A DNA stretch of 64,000 nt from Bauldia sp. GTDB taxonomy: Bacteria > Pseudomonadota > Alphaproteobacteria > Rhizobiales > Kaistiaceae. The translations under genes were made by a program, and so were the position numbers. Location of the stretch: contig JBFXAJ010000009.1 of the NCBI GenBank assembly GCA_050184415.1, positions 7,494-71,493 on the forward strand. Reading direction: 5' to 3'. The notes beneath the pieces are model-generated. The model worked only from the letters and a program-made list of their open reading frames with translations, was not told the DNA's origin and searched no databases. Positions 57,685-64,000 of this stretch are shown in pieces; position 1 is the first letter of the stretch; the number at the start of each line of letters is the position of its first letter.

Positions 57685-57811
57685 GCCTACAAGATAGGCG
57701 GTCTGCCCGGAAAACGAACGGCGTCAGGGTGTCGCCACCCCGGGCACGAGCACCCTTGCCCTTCCGCCCCCGCTCCTGTAATCCCCCGCCTTCCGCGGGG
57801 ACCCCGACAGA

Positions 57812-58300
57812 ATGACCGCACCGGTCGCGATCGTCATGGGAAGCCAGTCCGACTGGGCGACCATGATCCACGCCTCGCAGACGCTGGACGCCCTTGGCGT
57901 TCCGCACGACTCCCTGATCGTATCCGCGCACCGCACTCCCGACCGTCTCGTCAGCTTCGCCAAGGGCGCCAAGGGGGCAGGGCGCAAGGTGATCATCGCG
58001 GGGGCGGGAGGCGCCGCCCATCTTCCGGGCATGGTCGCCGCGATGACGACGCTGCCGGTCCTCGGCGTGCCGGTGCACACCGAGGCCCTTGGCGGCCGCG
58101 ACAGCCTCTACTCGATCGTGCAGATGCCGGGCGGCGTTCCGGTCGGGACCTTCGCGATCGGCAAGGCGGGCGCGATCAACGCTGCCCTCCAGGCGGCGGC
58201 CATTCTTGCCCTCGCGGACGCCGCCGTGGCGGATCGTCTCGAATCCTGGCGCGCGGCGCAGACGGCCGCCGTCGCCGAGCGGCCCACCAATGGCCCCTGA
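57812..58300 (+). CDS. purE: 5-(carboxyamino)imidazole ribonucleotide mutase
   Basis: 162 aa; [11 protein letters not shown]...SAHRTPD...GGAAHLPGM motifs. Confidence 0.92.
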   Translation: MTAPVAIVMGSQSDWATMIHASQTLDALGVPHDSLIVSAHRTPDRLVSFAKGAKGAGRKVIIAGAGGAAHLPGMVAAMTTLPVLGVPVHTEALGGRDSLYSIVQMPGGVPVGTFAIGKAGAINAALQAAAILALADAAVADRLESWRAAQTAAVAERPTNGP

Positions 58301-59399
58301 CGCCCGGCTTCCCCCGGGGAGCGTGATCGGCATCCTCGGCGGCGGACAGCTCGGGCGGATGCTGTCGATGGCAGCCGCCGAGCTGGGTCTTGCCACGCAC
58401 ATCTATGCGCCGCCGGGCGACAACCCGGCATCCGACGTCGCCCGGGCCTCGACCATCGCCGACTGGTCGAACGAGGAGACGCTGGCGCTCTTCGCCGACA
58501 GCGTCGACGTCATCACCTACGAGTTCGAGAACGTCCCCGAGCGGACGGCTCGCTTCCTCGCCGGACGGCGCCCAGTCCGTCCGGGGCCGGATGCGCTTGC
58601 CGTGGCCCAGGACCGGCTCGCGGAGAAGACGATGGCGACCGGCCTCGGGCTCGCCGTGCCGCGCTATTTTCCGGTGGACAGCCGGGCCGATCTCGACGGC
58701 GCGGTGGCCCGGCTCGGCGGGCCTGGCATCCTGAAGACGCGGCGCCTCGGCTATGACGGGAAGGGCCAGGCCCGCATTGCGGGGCCGGAAGATGCCGGCG
58801 CGGCCTGGGAGGCGACGGCCGGGGCGCCGGCGATCCTCGAAGAGCTGGTGTCCTTCGATCGCGAAATATCGGCGCTCGTGGCGCGGGGCGGCGACGGATC
58901 GATAGAGGCCTTCGACGTGCCGGAGAACCGGCATCGCGCGGGTATCCTCGATACGTCCACCGTGCCTGCGAATGTGACGCCCCCGGTCGCGCGCCGGGCC
59001 GTCGGCATCGCGGAGCAGATCGCGGTCGCCCTCGACTATGTCGGCATCCTTGCCGTGGAGCTGTTCGTCGTCGGCGACGGCGACGACGCACGCCTCCTGT
59101 TCAACGAGATGGCGCCGCGGGTCCACAATTCGGGGCACTGGACCACCGACGCCTGCGTGGTCTCGCAGTTCGAGCAGCACATCCGCGCGGTCGCCGGCTG
59201 GCCGCTGGTCCCTCCAGGCCGGCATTCCGACGTTACGATGACCAATCTCATCGGCGCGGATGCCGAAGACTGGGAAGTCCTGTCGGCCGAGAGCGGCGCC
59301 GCGCTGCATTTCTACGGCAAGGCATCCATCCGCGGCGGGCGGAAGATGGGCCATGTCAACCGGCTTCGGATGCGAACCGTCATTCCTCCGGGCGCGTGA
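58290..59399 (+). CDS. purK: 5-(carboxyamino)imidazole ribonucleotide synthase
   Basis: Start at [24 protein letters not shown] (ATP-grasp N-terminus). Overlaps the purE end by 11 nt. Confidence 0.9.
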   Translation: MAPDARLPPGSVIGILGGGQLGRMLSMAAAELGLATHIYAPPGDNPASDVARASTIADWSNEETLALFADSVDVITYEFENVPERTARFLAGRRPVRPGPDALAVAQDRLAEKTMATGLGLAVPRYFPVDSRADLDGAVARLGGPGILKTRRLGYDGKGQARIAGPEDAGAAWEATAGAPAILEELVSFDREISALVARGGDGSIEAFDVPENRHRAGILDTSTVPANVTPPVARRAVGIAEQIAVALDYVGILAVELFVVGDGDDARLLFNEMAPRVHNSGHWTTDACVVSQFEQHIRAVAGWPLVPPGRHSDVTMTNLIGADAEDWEVLSAESGAALHFYGKASIRGGRKMGHVNRLRMRTVIPPGA

Positions 59400-59418
59400 T
59401 TTCCGCCACAGTCGGCCT

Positions 59419-59447
59419 GAAATGGCTGAAAGCCGCCATTTCTCTTT
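59419..59447 (+). terminator. Terminator after purK
   Basis: 8 bp stem gaaatggc / gccatttc followed by tcttt. Confidence 0.6.
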
Positions 59448-59555
59448 GACCAGCGCCGGGTGCTCTGCTAGAGGCCTCTGCATTCGGGGCGACGCGTGGG
59501 CGACGTACGCAGCACCCTGTACTCCCGCTTCGACCGCACAGCGATGAGAACGTCC

Positions 59556-59780
59556 GTGCAGGTTCTGGTTCGCGACAACAATGTGGATCAGGCGCTGCGC
59601 GCGCTGAAGAAGAAGCTGCAGCGCGAAGGCGTGTTTCGCGAGATGAAGCTTCGCAACTACTATGAGAAGCCCTCGGAAAGGCGGGCGCGGGAAAAGGCGG
59701 AGTCGGTCCGGCGGGCGCGGAAGCTCGCGCGAAAGCGCGCCCAGCGCGAGGGCCTGATCGCTGCGTCGCCGCGGCCGTGA
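59556..59780 (+). CDS. rpsU: 30S ribosomal protein S21
   Basis: (M)[32 protein letters not shown]... from a GTG start. An in-frame ATG at 59544 would add 4 residues. Confidence 0.88.
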   Translation: MQVLVRDNNVDQALRALKKKLQREGVFREMKLRNYYEKPSERRAREKAESVRRARKLARKRAQREGLIAASPRP

Positions 59781-59969
59781 TGGCAACGGGACAGCGCCGC
59801 TAGCAGTTGCGTTGGCGGGCGGAAGGGCAATCGCTCCGGCGCGCAACGCTCGCATCCGGAGAGGCGACACCGTTTCGCCGGGTTGTTGTCTTTTTAGAAA
59901 CCGGAGGGTCTGACGATCCTCCTCCGCCGCGGTATCGCGGCCCTATTGGACAATGCTGAAGGAGTGGTC

Positions 59970-60866
59970 ATGGCGGATCGGCATTCGGGACTGAAGGCCT
60001 TGTGGGTTGGCGCACTGGTTGCCGCCACGCTTGTCCTTGCCGGCTGTCAGACGACGGGCGGAGGCGCAAGGAACGCCCTGCCGGTGCCGCTCGCCGGAGC
60101 GGATCCCGCAGCCGGCTCGCAGGCCAACATCGCGTCGCTGACCGAGGTCGTGAACCGCAATCCGACCGATCCGAACGCCTACAATTTCCGCGGCATCGCC
60201 TACGGCCAGGCCGGCCTCAACCGCGAGGCCATCGCGGACTTCACCCGAGCGATCGAACTCCGGCCGACCTTTTACGAAGCCTACGTCAACCGGGGCCTTA
60301 TCCTCCAGACCTCCGGCCGGCTTGACGAGGCGCTCGCCGACCTGAACCGTGCGCTCCAGTACAATCCGAGCTATGTCGTCGGCTATGTGGGCCGCGGTGA
60401 CGTCTACCGCGCGCAGGGGCGCCTCGACCTCGCGCTCGCGGACTACAACAGCGCGCTGTCGATCAACCCGGCAGATGCGCGGTCGTACTACAGCCGCGGC
60501 CTCGTCTACGCCTCGCAGTTCCAGTACGACGCGGCGATCAGCGACTTCTCGTCGGCGCTCTCCTACGACCCGCGGGCCACCGTCGCCTACAACGCCCGCG
60601 GCCGCGCCTATCTCGAAGTCGGCAACTACACCGCCGCCTATGACGACCTCTACCAGTACGCCAGCGAGTATCCGAACGGCGCGCAGGTGTGGATCGACCT
60701 TGGCCGCGCGCTCGAAGGGCAGGGCGATTACGCCAACGCCTACACCTCATACCGCAACGCCCTCGTGGTCGACCCCACCAATGCGACCGCACAGGCGGGC
60801 GCGCAGCGCACGCAGGCCCTCGCTGGCGGCGGCACCGCTGTCGTGGCAGGCGGCGTCGCGCCTTAG
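59970..60866 (+). CDS. TPR-repeat lipoprotein
   Basis: ATG after gaaggag. Lipobox LVLAG|C. Six or seven 34-aa TPR units (A..Y..RG.AY...G....A..DF..A). Confidence 0.8.
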   Translation: MADRHSGLKALWVGALVAATLVLAGCQTTGGGARNALPVPLAGADPAAGSQANIASLTEVVNRNPTDPNAYNFRGIAYGQAGLNREAIADFTRAIELRPTFYEAYVNRGLILQTSGRLDEALADLNRALQYNPSYVVGYVGRGDVYRAQGRLDLALADYNSALSINPADARSYYSRGLVYASQFQYDAAISDFSSALSYDPRATVAYNARGRAYLEVGNYTAAYDDLYQYASEYPNGAQVWIDLGRALEGQGDYANAYTSYRNALVVDPTNATAQAGAQRTQALAGGGTAVVAGGVAP

Positions 60867-60977
60867 CGCGACCGTCCCTGTGGCGCGTCGACGGCTGGCA
60901 AGGGACGACCCGCGCTGCCTCCATTCGGCTCGGCCTCACCCAGTCGTCGGGAAACCGCAGTGAGCGGCCTTGCCGCG

Positions 60978-61006
60978 CTTGCCGATGGTCCGGGCACCTA
61001 GTATAT
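60978..61006 (+). promoter_or_regulatory. Candidate sigma-70 promoter for tRNA-Val
   Basis: CTTGCC, a 17-nt spacer, then GTATAT. Lies about 40 nt upstream of the tRNA 5' end. Confidence 0.35.
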
Positions 61007-61047
61007 GCGGGCCCTTCGCCGGACCGACCCGCCGGCGAAACGGAAAT

Positions 61048-61122
61048 GGGCGCGTAGCTCAGCGGGAGAGCACCACGTTGACATCGTGGGGGTCACAGGT
61101 TCGATCCCTGTCGCGCCCACCA
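61048..61122 (+). tRNA. tRNA-Val (anticodon GAC), CCA encoded
   Basis: Cloverleaf folded by hand: acceptor gggcgcg/cgcgccc, D-arm gctc/gagc, anticodon arm ccacg-ttGACat-cgtgg, T-arm acagg-ttcgatc-cctgt, then A-CCA. Confidence 0.9.
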
Positions 61123-61188
61123 TTTCCGACCGCGATTGATCCGCTGCCTGATCGCCTCGACCCGACCTCCTTGCCGCGGCTTTCCGCG

Positions 61189-61217
61189 TTGACTTGGCGG
61201 CCGCGTCCTCCTAGATG
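61189..61217 (+). promoter_or_regulatory. Candidate sigma-70 promoter for rpmJ
   Basis: TTGACT, a 17-nt spacer, then TAGATG. Lies about 40 nt upstream of the rpmJ ATG. Confidence 0.4.
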
Positions 61218-61259
61218 TCCGGCTTCAAAAATTCCAGCCCTTCGCCCGATCGCACGACC

Positions 61260-61385
61260 ATGAAGATCAAGAACTCGCTCAAGACGCTGCGGCTTCGGCA
61301 CCGCGCCAACCGGCTCGTCCGCCGCAAGGGCCGCATCTACATCATCAACAAGACCAACCCGCGCTATAAGGCCCGCCAGGGCTAG
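61260..61385 (+). CDS. rpmJ: 50S ribosomal protein L36 (Cys-less form)
   Basis: 41-aa ORF below the track cutoff: [41 protein letters not shown]. Confidence 0.85.
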   Translation: MKIKNSLKTLRLRHRANRLVRRKGRIYIINKTNPRYKARQG

Positions 61386-61405
61386 CCTGCGGCCGATGGC
61401 GTTCG

Positions 61406-61440
61406 AAAGCCCGCGCGGCTCCGGCGCGGGCTTTGTCGTT
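61406..61440 (+). terminator. Terminator after rpmJ
   Basis: 11 bp stem aaagcccgcgc / gcgcgggcttt followed by gtcgtt. Confidence 0.7.
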
Positions 61441-61492
61441 CCACGGTGTCGTGCTTTGACCGGCCACGGCGCCGCGGCCTAGGGTGGCGCCG

Positions 61493-62056
61493 ATGCGCCT
61501 CCTCATTCTTCTCGTCGCTGCGCTCCTCGCCGCATTCCCCGCGTTGGCCCAGGGCGCGCCGCCGCCCGACGCCACGGTCGAGGACCGCCTCGACTACTGG
61601 TTTGCGCGGCTTCTCACCGCTGCCGACGAGAATGAAGCCGCGGAGATCGAGCTCCAGATCCAGCAGCTCTGGCTGCAGTCGGGCAGCGCCACCGTCGACC
61701 TCCTGATGGAATGGTCGATCGCCGCGCTCGACGCCGGCAACACCGGCCGCGCGCTCGACCTTCTCGATGGCGCGATCAGCATCCTTCCCGAGTTTGCGGA
61801 AGCGTGGCACCGGCGCGCGATCGTCCATTTCAGCGCGGGCGACCTCGCCAATGCGATCGCCGACGTCGAGCAGACGCTGATCCTCGAGCCCCGCCATTTC
61901 GGCGCCCTCGCCGGCCTCGGGCAGATCCTCGCGCAAGCCCGCGACTATCCGCGCGCCCTCCAGGCCCTCAACGCGGCGCTGGCGATCAACCCGAAGATGG
62001 CCGGCACCGCCGACCTCGCGGCGCAGATCGACGATCGGATCCACCGGGACATTTGA
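61493..62056 (+). CDS. Secreted TPR-like protein
   Basis: MRLLILLVAALLAAFPALA|QG signal peptide with TPR-like helices (AEAWHRRAIVHFSAGDLANAIADVEQTLILEPRHFGAL). The GTG at 61484 is an alternative start. Confidence 0.75.
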   Translation: MRLLILLVAALLAAFPALAQGAPPPDATVEDRLDYWFARLLTAADENEAAEIELQIQQLWLQSGSATVDLLMEWSIAALDAGNTGRALDLLDGAISILPEFAEAWHRRAIVHFSAGDLANAIADVEQTLILEPRHFGALAGLGQILAQARDYPRALQALNAALAINPKMAGTADLAAQIDDRIHRDI

Positions 62057-62112
62057 CGGCAGCGCCGGGCATTTTCTCGGTGGCTCGGCTCTCGCCCTAC
62101 CGCCCCCTTGCG

Positions 62113-62222
62113 GGGCGGTCAAAACGCGAAGCGTTGGGTGGGGTATGAGGTCCAATCAACCCCACGCGCTCCGCCAAGGCGTGCTCCGCAAGCCAGGCTA
62201 TGGGGTCTTCCCCGCAAGAGGA
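62113..62222. repeat. Dispersed intergenic repeat unit, copy B
   Basis: Shares GGTCAAAACGCGAAGCGTT and CCACGCGCTCCGCCAAGGCgTGCTCCGCAAGCCAgGCT with 19024-19170, in the same orientation. Confidence 0.75.
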
Positions 62223-62281
62223 CTGTTGCGTGGTTCGGGCTGGCGGGCTGGCGTCGATGCCGCGCTATCTCGGGTCTCCCT

Positions 62282-62305
62282 ACCTCTCCCCGCCGGGGAG
62301 AGGTG
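62282..62305. repeat. REP-like hairpin
   Basis: Perfect 10-bp hairpin acctctcccc-gcc-ggggagaggt. Confidence 0.7.
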
Positions 62306-62413
62306 GGCGCTGTTCGCAGGTGCCATCGTCACCGCAAGCATCTGCGCGACAGTCCCCGCGAGGGGGAGAAGGAGTAGCTCACGACCTGTGAGAGGACTCC
62401 GTCCCGCCGTGCG

Positions 62414-63850
62414 CTACGCCGCGCCCGTGCCCGAATCGTTGACCACCGCGATGCGAAGCATGTTGGTGGTGCCGGGGCGGCCCATCGGGACGCCGGCGGT
62501 GATGATGATGCGGTCGCCGGGGCGGGCAAAACCTTCGCGGACGGCGATCTCGCAGGCCTCGTCGACCATGCCGTCGAAGTCCGGCGCCTCCTCGCCGAAA
62601 ACGCAGTGAAGGCCCCAGCCGAGCGACAGGCGGCGGCCGGTCTTGACGATCGGCGACATCGCGATGATCGGCGTCTGCGGCCGCTCGCGGGACACGCGGA
62701 TGCCTGTGGTGCCCGAGCCGGTGTAGCAGCAGATCGCCGCGAGTTTCAGCGTCTCGGCGATCGAGCGCACGGCCGCCGCGATGGCGTCGGCGCCGGTCGC
62801 CTGCGGCTCGGCGCGCTGGGCGTTGATGATGCCGGCATAATTGGCGTCGGTTTCGACCTCGCGGGCGATTCGGTCCATCGTGGCGACCGCCTCGACCGGA
62901 TACTGGCCGGCTGCGGACTCGGCGGACAGCATGACGGCGTCCGCGCCCTCGAACACCGCCGTCGCGACGTCGGAGACCTCGGCGCGGGTCGGCACCGGGG
63001 CGGTGATCATCGATTCGAGCATCTGGGTCGCGACCACGACCGGCTTGCCGGCGCGCCTTGCGGCTCTCGTGATGCGCTTCTGGAGCCCCGGCACCTGCTC
63101 GAGCGGGACCTCGACGCCAAGATCGCCGCGCGCCACCATCAGCGCGTCCGACAGGTCGATGATGTCCTGGAGATGAGTGATCGCCTGCGGCTTCTCGATC
63201 TTGGCGATGATGCCGGCGCGACCGCCGACGATCTCGCGGATCTCGCGCATATCCTGTGCCTGCTGCACGAAGGAGAGGGCGATCCAGTCCGCCTCGACCT
63301 CGAGGGCGACGTCGAGGTCGGCTCGGTCCTTCTTGGTCATCGACGCCTGCGGCAGCGTCGTGTCCGGTACCGACACGCCCTTCTTGTCGGAGAGGTTCGT
63401 TCCGGCGACGACCTTCGTCACCACCCGGTCCTCGTGGGCCTCCTTCGCGACGAGCTGGGCCCGGCCGTCGTCGATCAGGAGCCGGTCGCCCGGCACCATC
63501 GCGCGGAGAATCTCCGGGTGAGGGAGGAAGACGCGCGTCGCGTCGCCCGGCGTCGTGTCGCTGTCGAGCGTGAAGGTCTGCCCGACTTTGATCTCGACCT
63601 TCTTGTCCGCGAAGGTGCCGAGGCGGAATTTCGGGCCCTGGAGGTCGACCAGCACCCCGATCGGGCGGCCGAGATCGTGCTCCACCTCGCGGATCACGCC
63701 AGTGAGCCGCCGAAGTTCGGCATGCGCCGTATGGCTCATGTTGATGCGGAAGACGTCGGCACCGGCCCTTGCGAGCTCTGTGATGACTGGTTTTTCGCGC
63801 GACGCTGGTCCGAGGGTGGCAAGAATTCTAACTTTGCGCGCGCGCTTCAT
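62414..63850 (-). CDS. pyk: Pyruvate kinase
   Basis: Start at MKRARKVRILATLGPAS. FRINMSHT and MVARGDLGVE motifs. Confidence 0.92.
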   Translation of the reverse strand: MKRARKVRILATLGPASREKPVITELARAGADVFRINMSHTAHAELRRLTGVIREVEHDLGRPIGVLVDLQGPKFRLGTFADKKVEIKVGQTFTLDSDTTPGDATRVFLPHPEILRAMVPGDRLLIDDGRAQLVAKEAHEDRVVTKVVAGTNLSDKKGVSVPDTTLPQASMTKKDRADLDVALEVEADWIALSFVQQAQDMREIREIVGGRAGIIAKIEKPQAITHLQDIIDLSDALMVARGDLGVEVPLEQVPGLQKRITRAARRAGKPVVVATQMLESMITAPVPTRAEVSDVATAVFEGADAVMLSAESAAGQYPVEAVATMDRIAREVETDANYAGIINAQRAEPQATGADAIAAAVRSIAETLKLAAICCYTGSGTTGIRVSRERPQTPIIAMSPIVKTGRRLSLGWGLHCVFGEEAPDFDGMVDEACEIAVREGFARPGDRIIITAGVPMGRPGTTNMLRIAVVNDSGTGAA

Positions 63851-64000
63851 TCGCCGCCAATGCCTGTTCTGTTTTCTTCGGAAAGATAGACGAGCCAATT
63901 GGCCTGGTTTGCCGTGTCGACCTCGACAAAGCCAGTCCGCTCATAGCCGCGGGCAACGCAATCCTCGATGCCGCGGATGGTGAATTCGAGATCCTGGGTA
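63847..64000 (-). CDS. Hypothetical protein, C-terminal part (gene starts beyond window end)
   Basis: The reverse frame reads ...TQDLEFTIRGIEDCVARGYERTGFVEVDTANQANWLVYLSEENRTGIGGE*. Its stop overlaps the pyk start in an ATGA junction. Confidence 0.5.
   Translation of the reverse strand, partial: TQDLEFTIRGIEDCVARGYERTGFVEVDTANQANWLVYLSEENRTGIGGE

Overview
This is a GC-rich chromosomal segment with the gene content of an alphaproteobacterium, probably Hyphomicrobiales/Rhizobiales-like. That placement rests on homospermidine synthase, DUF1013, DUF1192 and DUF465 genes, Cys-less L31 and L36, and a CtrA-type box. I call about 70 protein-coding genes and one tRNA-Val(GAC). I see no rRNA, CRISPR array, transposase or integrase. 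Most genes are housekeeping: ileS, xthA, hemH, galE/galU, purEK, pyk, suhB, rpmE, rpsU and rpmJ. The many long antisense ORFs in the six-frame track are typical high-GC artefacts. The stretches that deserve a second look are: (1) four tandem, separately terminated paralogs of a secreted beta-rich protein (4.7-9.2 kb) with a conserved C-terminal tail that does not fit the usual barrel ending; (2) an orphan MotA/ExbB-like plus coiled-coil MotB/OmpA-like stator pair (51.8-53.9 kb); (3) a periplasmic 5'-nucleotidase homolog with several catalytic or metal-ligand residues replaced, followed by an orphan propeller-like protein (34.5-37.2 kb); (4) a guanidine-II (mini-ykkC) riboswitch upstream of an SMR/Gdx exporter; (5) a perfect CtrA box plus terminator that could bracket a small RNA; (6) an ornithine decarboxylase/homospermidine synthase locus interleaved with two GNAT genes and an AT-rich palindrome cluster; (7) families of dispersed REP-like hairpin repeats; (8) a stand-alone three-repeat ricin-type lectin. 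All functional names come from reading motifs by eye. No database search was run.
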